A stretch of DNA of 64,000 bases, from NCBI GenBank assembly GCA_047495785.1, contig JBLDXI010000033.1, positions 2,294,001 through 2,358,000 on the forward strand, read 5' to 3'. The first letter of the stretch is position 1. Every line of letters begins with the position of its first letter. This stretch comes from Lepidodermella squamata (taxonomy: Eukaryota > Animalia > Gastrotricha). The translations under genes and the position numbers were made by a program. Positions 33,650-47,107 of the stretch are shown piece by piece. A model generated the notes under the pieces. The model was not told the origin of the DNA. It ran no database searches and worked only from the letters and a program-made list of their open reading frames with translations.

Positions 33650-35450
33650 ATGATGAAATTTGCCGCCATTTTGGCGTCCCTGCTAGTCGTCGGCTCATAC
33701 GCCAAGCCGACAGGGCTGAAGGCTCCGCCCAAGTACGACGCCTACATCGTTTCAGGTTTCATCGACTTGCCGTATGCCGAAATCCACGAACAGTTCACCT
33801 TGTTCTATGACCCGAAAAACATGCGTTCTCGCGTTGACTACTACGATGGAATGGTTAAGACGATGCAATTCGCCGCTACCAACCCACCTACCATGGTCAA
33901 ACTGGCACCGATGACGACCGAGACTGTTCTCAACCAGCTGACCTGCTTCCAGGTCAACGGCAGTGTTGACATCCCGGTCTCTCTGCAACCCGGTCTGCCT
34001 GATCTAAGCCAATTCGACTACATGGGCACTGTCGATTTCGAAGGCCATTCTGCCGATCAATGGCGCCATGTTGAAATTGACGGTTCGAAGAAGAATACTG
34101 TAAATTTCTTTTTAATATTCGTAATGTGTATCTTGATAGTCTGTATATTTTGTAGTACACATTTGTCGTCGATCCAGTTACCGCCACGCCGTTTTACTAC
34201 GAGCTCATGGGCTACGACAGTCTTTTTGGCAGCCACTACGACAAATATGGTAAATTTCCATGTGGAGCAATTGATTTTCATTCAAAAAATGTATTTTTCA
34301 GTTGTTTGGTTCAAGTATTTCTCGGCTACCCAGCCCGATTCTTCGGTCTTCGTTGTCCCGCCTAACATTACCTGCAGTGGCTTCCCTGGCCCTGGCGTCT
34401 CCTCCGACCAGTTGGCGCAAATGAACCCGATGGCTGAGTACATCAACGGCAAGAACAAGCACCACGAGGAGATGTTCGAGTCTTTCAAGAAGCAACACAA
34501 CCGCGAATACTCTGACGAGAAAGAAGCGAGCAAGCGCAAGTCAATTTTCACGCACAACAACCGCTTCATCCACTCCCACAACCGCGCTGGCAAGACCTAC
34601 AAGGTTGCCATCAACCACCTGGCTGACAAAACTTCCGACGAACGCAAGGTGATGCTAGGCTTCCGCCGCACCCAACAGTCACCCAACGCTCAGCCCTTCA
34701 ACGCCGCGAAGCACAATCTACGCGGGCTCAAGGACATCCCAGACACACTTGATTGGCGTATCGCTGGAGCAGTTACTCCAGTGAAAGATCAAGCTATTTG
34801 CGGATCGTGCTGGTCCTTCGGAACTGCTGAGACCATCGAAGGCACGAACTTCGTCAAAACCGGCACCCTTGTTCGACTTTCGAGCCAAGAGCTCATGGAC
34901 TGCTCATGGGGCGAAGGCAACAACGCTTGCGATGGCGGTGAGGACTGGCGTGCCTACGAATGGATCTTGAAGCACGGTCTCACCTCCGACGAGTACTACG
35001 GCCCGTACCTCGGCCAAGACGGCATGTGCAAGGTTAACAACGTCTCGGCTGTTGTTCACATCACTGGCTACGTCAACGTTACTGTCAATGACGAGAACGC
35101 GCTCAAGTCAGCTATTGCTATGAACGGCCCAGTTTCAGTCGCTATCGATGCGTCGCACGACTCTTTCTCGTTCTACTCGAGCGGTGTTTATTATGAGCCG
35201 AAGTGCGGAAATGGCCCTGATGATCTCGACCATGCGGTTCTTGCTGTCGGTTACGGAACATTCCAAAACGAGGAGTACTGGTTGGTTAAGGTAACTGACA
35301 CGCTTAATCTTTTTATTTTCAAAACTAATCGATTTGTTTTCATTTCAGAATTCATGGTCCACCTACTGGGGTAATGATGGCTACGTTTTGATGGCTATCA
35401 GAGACAACAACTGCGGTGTAATGACTGCTGCCACCTTCTCAACCATGTAA
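33650..35450 (+). CDS. 26/29-kDa proteinase-type cathepsin (papain family, I29 propeptide)
   Basis: Signal peptide, long N-terminal domain, [21 protein letters not shown] and KNSW; introns 34100-34155, 34250-34301, 35291-35348. Confidence 0.9.
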
Positions 35451-35949
35451 ACTATATAAACTCTTCCAATGACAGTCCAATTTAACTTGTTGATTGTTTG
35501 TGATTTTAACTATGGCTTAACTCCAATTTGAAATTATTTTTTCGCTTTCATTTTACTTCAATCGATTTTGAGATAATTATTATTTTGATGGAAATACATT
35601 CGTTGACAACGCTATTTTTTCCCAAGTTCTTTTTGCCTCATTCCTCGGAAATAACAGTGGTGAATAGTAAGATCAACGTGAGCATTTGAACTCGGCTCAA
35701 GAGCTGGCTAAACGTTAGGGAAAGCTGTGAATGTCAGTTCGAAGAAAACGCAGCCTCACCGAAAATCGCATGCGAGTCTGCATCGTTCCGGGTGTACCTC
35801 CCCTCGAAAACACTGATAATATCGTTAGTATTGCAATCAAAAACACAGGAACCTTTCAAAAAGATCACATAATGCGGGCGCTGTTCTTCATTCATGCGTC
35901 TCTTCATTCGTTTTTCACTAACATTTTCTCCCTCATTTTTCCCGGGATG

Positions 35950-35966
35950 TAGCGCCACCTGGACAG
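35950..35966 (-). promoter_or_regulatory. Possible CTCF site
   Basis: rc CTGTCCAGGTGGCGCTA matches the CTCF core CCAGGTGGCGCTA; lies between convergent gene blocks. Confidence 0.35.
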
Positions 35967-36404
35967 AACTTTCATGGTTAGTTCTTCCCTGCTACCATGG
36001 TTAACAACGTCCAGAGTAAAAACGACTAAAAAGAGCTTTGAGTGCGTAAACTGGAAAAGTCCATGAGCGGTTTCAATCACACCAGCTAGAGTTCGAAAAA
36101 TTGCCGGCTGCTTTGCTGCTGATTGTTTTAGCGTGAGTTACCAGCAATCTGACTGCTACATTTAAGAACATTTTTGGATCTTCACGGTTGTAGTCGGAGA
36201 TAGGTAATTGGTTCGAAAAAGACAGTTTGTTACGGATATATGACTGGTTGAAACCGGTTTTGTTTACGTTGAATACAATATAACACTTGTATAACATCGT
36301 TTCGTTCATTTCGGCACGAAGTAAATGGGAACGAAGGTGTCGCAAATTTAATAATCGTTTCGGAAATTCATCGATTATCGATTTTATCTCGCAAGCATTT
36401 ACTG

Positions 36405-37091
36405 TTACAATTTACTGATAAGTCGTTTTTTTACATTTGTTACGTCTCGTATCTTGCCTACAACGGCTACAGCTTCAAATTCAACACGGAAATTCTGAAA
36501 ATATCGTAAAATAATATATTTACCGAAGCTTGAAAGCTGAGAATTTACTTTAGGCAGGCGGACAACTTGGTATGCTGCCCGAGCTGGGTACTTCCCCGCC
36601 TTGAAGTACTTCTTGTATATTTCATTCATCGCAGTGAATTCGTCCATATCAGCTAACAGCACCGTAACCTTGACCACTACAATAAGCCTTAAAATCGGCA
36701 TACAGAATATTTTGATACCGTAACAAACCATTATCGAAGCCGATACCAGCAGCTGCTAACACATTTGCCAAGTTTTTGAGTGCTTGTTCTGTCTCTGGGA
36801 CGATACCTATGGGATACAAAATCAGGGATGATTAGCCGCCGATGTTATTCGCGGAATTCAGTTGCAAATTTACCACCCGGGACAGTTTCGTTGGTCGCTG
36901 GATCTAGACCAACTTGACCCGATATGTACATCGTAGAGCCGACTCGAACTGCGTGGCTAAACAACAATTTCGAGCAATATTTCGAATGGACATTTCATGT
37001 GACTTCTGTTTCAGAGTTACCTGTAGGGAGCTATCGGTGGGGTCATTCCTTTCGGAACAAGTATTTCCCGCTCTATTTTTTCGGGGGCCAT
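36405..37091 (-). CDS. RIDA: RidA/UK114 (YjgF) enamine deaminase paralogue A with C-terminal SKL
   Basis: [40 protein letters not shown]; ends KKRLISKL*. Confidence 0.85.
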
Positions 37092-37450
37092 TGTTTCTTC
37101 CTTGGAAAAATAAGCCTAAAAATAGACCTAATTTTCATCTAATTCTGTGATTTTTCACTTGCAAGCACTTCCAATCTTTTCTCGTAATACAATGAACATC
37201 GAGCTTCATTAATTGCTATGCCATGAACCAGAAAGAACCGTAGCTTCATAAGCAACACGCCATCAGCTAATTCTCGGCATAGTCTCTTATCAGCTATTAT
37301 GTTACTGTTATACGATATCTAGAACCGGCGCGGAACATGGTATAAGCAATAAGCAGTTTCTCGTAAAGTTTTTGCGTAAGGCAAAGTTCTGATAACTTTG
37401 CGCGTTGTTTTCGGAGGTGTTGCGGTGCATGAAATCATCCATAATGCTAC

Positions 37451-38036
37451 CTAGATGTCATGTATATCACCAATAACTGCGATAGCTTCAATTTCAACCC
37501 GACAGTTCTGAAATGCCAACAAAATACTTTTCGCTTTTAGACTAAAAATGCGTGGGACAAACCTTAGGGACACATGCGATTTGATAGGCTGCCCGGGCAG
37601 GGTACTTTCCAGGCTTGAAATATTTGGCGTATATTTCATTCATTACCCCAAATTCACTGATATCTTGAAGCAAAACTGTCATTTTAACGACTGAAATATA
37701 ACAACTCCATGAGATAAGGGGAGGAACGAAATTTTTTCAAATATACTATTAGAATGATCGGCTCCTACAGCTGCCAAAATGCTGCCGATATTTTTAAAGA
37801 TTTGCTCTGTTTCAGCTTTAATGCCACCCGGTACGACGTCATACGTGGCCGGATCAACGCCTAGCGTCCCAGAAATGTAAATTGTATTTCCAACTCGGAC
37901 AGCGGGGCTAAATTATAGGTGGAATAGAAAGGGGTAAAAAGTAGGCTGGAGGCTAGAAGAATTACGTCATGGGGACCGGTGCCGGGGCAGCCCCTTTTGG
38001 GAAGATGTACTGGCGTTCGACCCTGTTATCAGCCAT
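37451..38036 (-). CDS. RIDA: RidA/UK114 paralogue B
   Basis: [30 protein letters not shown]; four exons. Confidence 0.85.
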
Positions 38037-39246
38037 TAAATCCCAAGCGTGTAAGTTTATGCTAGATACCTATGGATATATTATGAATGAAATAATTTGA
38101 ATTAAAATGATTATTGAAAATTGTTATAATCGATGATTCATCGCTGAGCTGAATAAGAAGTAAAAATGCTGTTGATTTCCGAAATTTGAAAATAAAGCAA
38201 ATAGGAACCCGATAGGCGATAAAACGTTGAAAAGAGTCGAAGGATTTTAGATAACCGGTAAAACCTCTTTCCCTCTTTCTTTGGCAAAATCTTGTCGAAT
38301 AAAAGTTCGTCACGAGGCGCTAGACGCTAGAGGTTTATTGTTCGTACAATTTACCCGACTTTGCCTCCCGTTAATATCTATCTCATGTCGTGTTTTTTTA
38401 TCGCAGCGTAAGTGCTATCAGTTGAGGGATTGACGGCAGTTTACTGTTGGCTTACGTCTGACCTCATGAGAGATGGACGAATTGTGTTCTAAAAAACGTT
38501 TTAATTAATGGACTAATGAAAGCGTATCTATTAAATTTGCTTACTCGTGAAAATTCATATGAGTCAACCAACTCCGGCATTTGCAAGACCAAGCTCAACT
38601 ACGCAACAGTTGAAACCTGGTTATGTGCCAAACCCCAACTGTGTAATGTGTATCCCGATATCATTCTGATACCTATTATTTCTTTATTCATCAATCATGG
38701 TATAATAGTCTTCTAACAAATATTGTTAGTCATTAACTCGTAAAAATTGTGCCTGCGATACATCGGTAGGTATGCCGTGAAAGTGTCGCGTTCTTTTTTA
38801 CACCCATTGAAAACCGCCTGGCTATATGCTCGGCCTAAAAGAAAAAACCACACGCAGGTGTAATATACACTTGAGGCGCATTTTTTTTGTAAAATCAATA
38901 TTCCGCGCACTCAGGCCTTGCGGCGTTGTTTTATTTACCGCTCCGCTGCATGACTCATTTGTGCTCGCATTGCTTGTCGATGAATGTGCGCGCTACGGTG
39001 TCGTAAATACGCAAATAGCAGTTTTAAATAACCACGTCGCCTAGAAAAAAAGCGCGAGCTTCATGCAAAATTACCGCATATTTGACAGATGAGTTCGACG
39101 GATGTGCCCACCCCACAATTTAAGCAGCGCAGCGCAGCTACTGAGAACACATTCCGAGATTCGAGAACAAGAATAAACTTGCATTTGCTTGTTTGGACTT
39201 TTTGTCGCTTGCTTGCTATACCTTCATCGGCCTAAATTTCAGCATC

Positions 39247-39630
39247 ATGAGCACACGATCGAAAAGCATCGATGCCGAGAATAACAACAACCTACCGACT
39301 CTCTACTTCCAGCCAACTATCGATAGGCCGGTAACACAGCGAAAACGATGCAGCCGAAGATGCTGCATCATCGGGACCGTTATCGGCGTTGTTTTCGGCC
39401 TTCTAGTCGTCGGCGTTATCACTTACGTCGTTATGGTTGTGGAATCACAATGCTACCGAGGCTGTCAGCGGATGTGTATCGATAAAAATCACTGCACAGA
39501 TCAGTGCTGGAGTGTCTGCTATAAGGCGCAATGGACAGAATGCCCAGAAGACGGCCAGAAAGCTTGCGCCTTCATCATGTGGGACAAGGCTTTCGTCAAT
39601 ATTCCTGGCCTTTTCCAGAACAACAACTGA
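39247..39630 (+). CDS. Orphan type-II membrane protein with small Cys-rich ectodomain
   Basis: ATG 39247; basic/Cys juxtamembrane segment (RKRCSRRCC), TM helix and eight extracellular Cys. Confidence 0.6.
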   Translation: MSTRSKSIDAENNNNLPTLYFQPTIDRPVTQRKRCSRRCCIIGTVIGVVFGLLVVGVITYVVMVVESQCYRGCQRMCIDKNHCTDQCWSVCYKAQWTECPEDGQKACAFIMWDKAFVNIPGLFQNNN

Positions 39631-40232
39631 ACGATGGACGAATAATGGATGCTCACATCTCTTTTCACATACTAGTTCGCAATTCGTGTGTTTTTTATAA
39701 TTACGTCCCAGACATAATTCCGACTCAGCGATCTCGGTGTTGAATCTTTAATTTTATGTTTCAAATCTCGTTACCTTCTGAATCTATCGCCCGATTTGCA
39801 TAAATAGTGTCATTGGTCTTACTACTTTTTACTAATCGCAAATATTATACTTGTGATTGGTTGTGAGAAAGTTTTTTTTACAATAAAATCCAGTTTTTTA
39901 ACGATCCGCCATGTTTTGTTTCTTATCGGTTTGATCCTTAGAGAACAGAAGAAAAGTTGCATATATCAGCCTAACCTTTTGCAATTTTCAAGTTCAAGAC
40001 CAGGTACCAGGTCTATTCACCATAAAAATAGCGAGTCCAATTTGAAGTACCTATAGTACAGCCGGAGAAAAGCTTTGCCGAAAATTGGTGGGTTGCGCGA
40101 GAAAAGTCTAAAAGACGCTAAAAAGACGCGCATTTTGTGAAAAGATCCTGCTTAAAGAGAACTGCTTCGAATGAATGTTTCAAGTTTCCAGCGTGAGTTT
40201 TCCTCTCTTGTACTCATGTTCTCTATGGTTTG

Positions 40233-41423
40233 ATGGGCTCAATGTTGCAAATGCTTCTGCTGCACTTGATCAATCTATTTGTGATTGCGCGGCTTGTTAA
40301 CGCAAGTTCCTGTAACAAAAATTATATCATGTACTCGAATCAAGAGAGCATCACGATAAGATGCTTCGACGCAAGCGGGAAAGAAAACTTTGACAATTTC
40401 CTGGCATTTTCAGATTCATTCGACCAGTATTCGCCCTTTTCAGATTCCCCCGACCTTGCCAACATGCCTTATGGTTTCCAGCGGAATCGTGTTTTCCTGC
40501 GACAGAGCTCAAGCAGGACGCATCATTGGGTGAAGATAAAGAAAGGAAATTGGAAAACCCCTAAATTCAATTTCTCATGTCCTGGTAATATCAGGGTGTG
40601 CTTCGAATACGATATTGTCTATCCTTTAAAGGCAAATTGCAAATTGAATTCGGCTGACTTGGTGGGTGGAGGCTTGATGACAAGTTTGAATATCGCTGAG
40701 ATCGGCCAATCTTACATTGTGCGAGCTACATGCGCAGCCAATAACCGTATTTGCTCAAAGGAAACATCTAAAGACATGCAGAGAAATGACTGCGTGATAT
40801 TTGAACTGCTACGAGACGGTAAGCGTGTTTGATATTTTCGCCAAGCTTTTTACAAATGACTAGTTAAAGATGCCATCTCCAGCTAGTTCTAAATAATATA
40901 ACGCATAAAATATTTAGAACCAGCTGGATGTTTGGTTCATATCGAACGGCCAATAATGGGAATTAATTTTCAAATTAATTTAACTGGTAATTAATTACTT
41001 ATTCTAGCCATAACTGAAAATCCTGCAGTGGATTCGGCGAAAACTGGTCTCAATCAGAGGAATCGTTTCGATGTCAAATTCGTGCCGAAATTGATAAAAT
41101 TCAATTTTAAGCCCAACATTTGATAGCATCTTTCATTATTCGCGGACGTCTTCCGTCGGGGTAAAAATAAATTAACTTCTCTGCTCTTCTTAATAGGTGA
41201 CTTGATATACCACTCGAGTGCGCAATACAATATACCTCAAACCGGTCTCGTTATCAGTCAAAAAGGAGATGCGAACAGTTACTACATCACAATGGATTTC
41301 GGGATAGGACATGAATTCAATCTAGCTGATGCAGCAAATGTCACCGGCGTTTATCAAGTGGTGATGGTTTACAACTACAAGCTAACGCCGCTGACTGAAT
41401 TCAAAGTTAACTGGGCATTGTAG
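40233..41423 (+). CDS. Orphan secreted Cys-containing, possibly Ig-like protein (multi-exon; middle exons uncertain)
   Basis: Signal peptide, G|GTAAGC donor at ~40819, last exon with D-AANVTGVY Ig-like F-strand pattern. Confidence 0.45.
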
Positions 41424-41661
41424 CGATTAAAACAGATTTGGCATAGGTAAGTTTATTCGAACAAGTTTGCACTGGTTGAAAGGACAATGAGCAATATGAT
41501 TTCTCTAATATTAGCACATAATTGAAAGATAATAGACAATCATTCGATGCATATCACTAACAACGGTTTCATAGGTTGCACAGCTTTTTGGTTTCAATAC
41601 TGGTTTCAATCGAGTCAATTAAAGTTCCTGCAATGCAAGTCACACAGCAGTCTATCCAACT

Positions 41662-42239
41662 CTAAACATCGTGAACCTCACCAACAACAGCAATAGCTTC
41701 AATCTCAACGCGGCAGTTCTGTGGGAACATTGTGATAACCTCAATTTGTCATGTTTGCATTTATTATGAATAAACCAACCTTTGGCAAACAAGCGACTTG
41801 ATAGGCAGCGCGAGCTGGGTATTTACCAGGAGTGAAGTAGTCCTTGTAAACCTCGTTCATAGCAGTGAATTCGCCCATATCAGCCAAAAGCACAGTGCAC
41901 TTGACGACTTAATTTCGACATTTTTAAAATAGGAAAGAATAATTAATTGAAGTTATTACCATTGGAGAATCCTACGCCAGCTGCAGACAAGATGTTTTCC
42001 ATATTCTTGAATGCCTGCTTGGTCTCGGCGGTAATACCACCGGGCACTACGTCATTCGTGGCTGGGTCCATGCCAATTTGGCCAGAAACGTAAAGGGTGT
42101 TACCAACGCGGACGCCAGGGCTAAAATTTCATTAGTTTTAATTGTCAAAGAAAAATTAGTCAGCTTACCTGTAAGGCGCAATTGGAGGGGCGTTGCCCTT
42201 AGGGTAGATGATTTGACGTTCAACTTTATTCGAAGCCAT
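41662..42239 (-). CDS. RIDA: RidA/UK114 paralogue C (most canonical)
   Basis: [39 protein letters not shown]. Confidence 0.88.
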
Positions 42240-42403
42240 TCTGATCGTACTATTCGAGCTAATTAATCGCCGAAGAACAATTGAAGCCAGTCGTAAAAGT
42301 CCTAGATAGATTGAAGATCACGAAGATGCGTTTAACTGAAGTGAAAAGTCAAATGACAGAGACCAAATATAAGAGAAAGAGCGCTATAAAAAGATCATGC
42401 TCA

Positions 42404-44628
42404 TCAGTCAGTTTCCTCCTCAATAGTTCTGAGAAACATATCGTTGTACTCCCGGCACTCGTTCGCATCGTCGTTCGGCATAACACTACTCGGCTCTTTG
42501 AATTGGACTGCTAAATTTTCGGAAGCAGACTCGTCGTCAAAATGACTGGCTGTTGTCGAAATGAGAGTTGATTTGACGTTGAGGCGACTACTTTCGCCGA
42601 GGCAACTCAAATCTCGCAGCCAGCCCCGGGCAGTTTGAACACTGCCTCGAGTTGTCCGAGCGAATGAGATGTAATCGGCAATTACTTGGTCTGACGATGT
42701 GGCGAGATGTTCAGGCAAAATACGCCGAGCTGCGCGTTGTCGCTCGAAAGCTGATCGACGCGTGTTCCATTGAGGTGGGGCATGCAATGGCTTGAAATAC
42801 GAATTTCCGTATTTCGGCGCTTGACTCGCTTGTGTTTCATCCTTCTCGACAAATTTCCTTCTACCTGAGTTGCAATGTGCAACAGCGTAAACTGCGAGAA
42901 GTCCCGCCAGTTCCGTATTATTTTCAAAGGGACTGTCCCAGTTGTTGAAAGCAACATCGCAAAGTGATAGATATCTTTCACTGAGCTCGGCAAGATCGTC
43001 GATGCTTGTATAGAATCCCGGCGCATTATGTTGCAGGAATCCAACGAATGTAGGAGGCGCTACGGGGCAATGTCGAAGCAGGCTGACAGGGTCAAAGGTC
43101 AGGGAATCTGTTTCGAAACGCTTCAGATGATCTGGTAAGGGCACTCGCGGTGGCGGTTTTAGCTCACGGTCATCAGGAGATATCCCTAGGCAAATCAAAA
43201 AACATTTATCTAAAACAAATAGCTCAAGCGAAACTCACTTTTGCAATATAAAACACGACCAAGAGCGCGAAATAATAGTAACGAATGAGAATCATTCTTT
43301 ACATCCGTGTCCGAATGCATGAAATTCTTTAGGTTGAACGAGTGAGATCCACTTTTGCTCGGATTAAGCTTGGAATCTGAATTCGACTTTGCAGATGATG
43401 ACGATGCAAGTTTCCGCTCCTTGGCCGGCCGCTTTGACGCGCCCAAACTTTCCTTGTCGTGAATTTTAATTTTCTGACAAAGAAATTGCAGTTGATTGAT
43501 AGCGGATCGCATGTCCCCTTCGGAAACCTCCACAATGTTATTGATGGAATCTGGGGACAGCATCTATAGTTTCGGATAAGATTTCAGGTCAGTAGAAATG
43601 AAACTTCAAACCTGAACAGTTTTTTCAGAGCTAGCAATCGTAGTGAGCGCTTTAGCTAAAGTTCGAGGGGGAATGGGATTGAACCTTTGACAAAGTCTAA
43701 CGTAGGAACTAAAAATTATAGATTTATCGAAGGGCTTACGAAATCGAATGGATGTTCAGCTCATCTCGAAGTTTGGGTGGGAATAGGCGATGGAGATCAG
43801 GCGGATCTGCGTTCGGCGCATTTGCGGTAAGAATGAAGCAAACATGATTTCTCAAATTATCGGCGCATTTCCTACAGAATAATTCAATCAGACAAAGCTT
43901 TGAATATTAAATTATCAGCTAATTGCCTCAAGATATCGTGGAAAATTGTTTCCGGAGCCAATTCAGAGTTGAAAGACGGCATCTCCTCGATGACAGTTAC
44001 GACTGATGACGCAGAACTTGAGGTTATCATGAGCGATTCGTAAGCGGTAGCGTTTAGCACAAAATCCGAAAATGCCCGAGTTACCCCGCCATCGTAAAAA
44101 TTAGTAACATCGCCTCTTGAATCCATCAAAGACGTAAATTCAGCTAGTGAAAATCACAATTGAGCAAGCTATTTGCATTTTCAAACTCAACTCACAAGTC
44201 GGCTGTGTCCATTCACGTATTCTCAAACCCAATGACTTGGCAACGCAGCGAACAGTAACCGATTTTCCGCTGCCAGGAGGTCCCAATAGCAAAAAAATGC
44301 GAGGCTTGAACAATTCTTATACACTTCAAGTCTGACAGCAAATAAGTAAAGCTACCTCTGCAACTTTTGAAAGCGCTTCGCTCAATTCTGAAACTTTCGG
44401 CTTGGCCACAATCAGCTCGCTTACGGATTTCGGACAGTGTTTTGAAGACCAAGGCGCCTCGCTTTCCTTGAGCTTCAGCGAAGAGAAACTTTTGTCGTAC
44501 GAGTCTTGACTCAGCGAAGATAACGGTCGCTTAGTGCCAGCTGCACCTTTCTTTTTTGAATTCGGCAAAGAAACCGAGACGATTTCACAATCATCGAAGT
44601 CTGACACGACCCAAGGGCCAGGCATCAT
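42404..44628 (-). CDS. RAD17: Cell-cycle checkpoint clamp loader Rad17
   Basis: WSSKHCPKS..ELIV, Walker A GPPGSGKS, VIEEMP, FNPI, GDMRSAINQLQF, LFRALGRVLYCK. Confidence 0.9.
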
Positions 44629-44710
44629 ATAAATTTATGTTCAAATAATCCCCTAGCCTTGAGTAAAATTTATTTATCATCTCTTTGCCATAAATGAAAA
44701 TAAAAAAAAT

Positions 44711-45748
44711 TCATTTAGAAATCACAGCGGTAGGATTATGATGCATTGGTTTCAACGAAGAAGTGTTCACAAAATTAACGCCTTGATCCAGCATAGCTTT
44801 TGTTATTCTCGCTATATTCCTGCAATCATCTAAAAAAAATAGCATAAAATAAATAAAAGCATAATTAAGCATGATAGATGATAGATGATAGACTCGTTAC
44901 CTATTCCAGAGTGATGGCGGCCAAGCAGCGGCAAATTCAACAATGACAATAAATGAGGCATACCACGGGGCCAAACGCCAAACTGATTGGCAAACAACTG
45001 TTCAAACCGAAACATTAAAAATGAAAACTGCTTCGCAAAAATGTTGTGCCATACTTGTTTTATGTTTATCCATTGATTGAAATATTCAGGGGCATTCAGA
45101 TTATAAGCTTTGCACTGAGAAGGTAACCTACGAAAATTGAATGGCACGATGCAAGAGTCTTGTGAGAAGAGACAAATTACGCAGCGATACTTACATCTTC
45201 GCTAAATCCCAATCGCCACAGGTCACGAACGTGAAGGAATTAAGGGATTGGGACCTCAGCCATTTGTCAAACTCCTGGAAATATAGTTTAAAAATGTCAT
45301 AATAAAGAACCACTAAACCTGCCTCAATGACGTTCTCAAAGTAGATGCCAGAATCCACTGTGCTTTGAATTATTCCTGTCAACTAAAATACGCACTATAT
45401 AAAAGAAGTTCTCCAAAGTAACACATACTTCAGTGCAGAAAGGCGTTAGTTGAGGATGAAATCTCGGTTTAACATAGTGGTGAAACTCGCTGACCAGAGA
45501 CCCATCAGTTGATCGTACAAGAAGCGCCGGAAATTCGATTATTTCCTGTAATAACATAGTTTGCAATAATCTCAATTCGATTCGAATCTGGGACGAGTAG
45601 GACAAAACTGCTCACCAAGCTGGAGAGCAATTAACAAAAATTAAATCCTTACCTGGGGATGTGGTTGCCGCTTTTCATCGCATGTAGCTTCGAAATCTAG
45701 GATAATTAGATGCTCGAAATGTTGTTTCAATATTTTTGAGGCTGCCAT
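44711..45748 (-). CDS. ERI3: ERI1-family DEDDh 3'-5' exoribonuclease (ERI3-like)
   Basis: LDFEATC, EIIEFP, FCTELTGI, VTCGDWDL, WINIK, GRHHSGIDD. Confidence 0.85.
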
Positions 45749-46251
45749 TGAGACAGAAAATACGCTTTTCCGACCGCGTAAAACAGTCATATCATATAGC
45801 GGACACGTGAATAATTAAGCATACGCAATCTGCGGTAACTCAACCATGAATCAGCAAGATCAATTCAACGCAGCGGTGTGCGCTCAGATTTTACCAATCA
45901 GCTGAGCTGAGGAGGTCACGTGGTATGTGTTTTGGGGCTTGCGACCTTCACTGTTATATATTTTATTTTATTAATAAAAATTTTAAAAGCATGAAATACT
46001 AAAATTGTCATTTTACAAAATTGAAGCGGGAAAATTTGAAATCACTATAGCGCCCATCTATGTGCAAGTTTCACACCTGATTCTCTGTCTCTTCCGAGTC
46101 CCGAGTCCTTTTGAACGATGGACCTGTTCATTCGCCGACAAGCTCAAGTTAATGTCGCAAAGCCGCCAGCCTTCTATCTTAGGGAGTAGGAATCTTTCTG
46201 TGTTCAGGGAACACCTGTCTTCAGTCTTGTCTTGGCAGCGGCAGGTTAGCC

Positions 46252-46677
46252 TTTTTTCTGCCTAAAATTAGGCAGAATTTTCCGCTATAGCTTTTTCTGC
46301 CTAAAATGGTAAGTAGGCGCTTGAATCGCGTAAAACCCCCCAAAATGCCTTTAAAATTGAATTTTCTAGTCTATCTTGCAATAATAACTAACCTAAATGG
46401 CTCAATCCGTGAATAATCATCATTGGCGCCCATAATAAGGCGGTTACACGTAACACGTAAAGTGTTGTACTTAGCCTGTCTTAGCGCGGCATCTTTAGTC
46501 ATTATCTTTCTATATTTGATTTATTGTTGGTTATAATACGCTTTTTGACTACAAATAAATGGAGCAATACAATTAAAATGATCATTGGCATCGTTTCTGG
46601 GGCCTTCCGCTACATAGCGAAATTTTAGGCAGAAAAAGCTATAGCGGAAAATTCTGCCTAATTTTAGGCAGAAAAAA
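46252..46677. repeat. Perfect 56-bp inverted repeat pair (MITE-like)
   Basis: 46252-46307 is the exact reverse complement of 46622-46677; each arm contains the palindrome TTCTGCCTAA-AA-TTAGGCAGAA. Confidence 0.85.
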
Positions 46678-47107
46678 ATTCTCGCGCGAATGCCTTTTCC
46701 ACTAATGATGGCGCCTTGGTTAACGTTCAACTGTAATAAGATGGTACGCTGATTTAGAATTTATGCAATTCACTGGCGACAATACGCCTTAAGTTGTTAA
46801 AAGGTCGTCATTTTTTCACGACAGCGAGCTACGTGCCCCTTGTATTTCGTATCGCCGCTCATTTGCTATGTTGAATTCTGTTAAGCCAAATCTGCTAACA
46901 GGTTTTGCTTATATCCATCTACGCAAGGCGCAAATATGACTGCAGCTAGTGTGCGAATTACTTTACTAAATTGTCAGATTCATCGTTTGCATATGTTTTT
47001 CATGCTTACTGCTGCTGAAAGGAGCTTGATGGATCATTGGAATCTTCGAAGCTGTAATTTCTAGCGGCTGATTAGTGATAAACTATTAATTTATTTAGGT
47101 TTTGAAA

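Noticed and set aside
33650-35374. 574-aa cathepsin ORF with an apparent internal TM segment
   Set aside because: Artefact of reading through two introns (56+52 nt) and an off-frame exon; the true 3' end is 35450.
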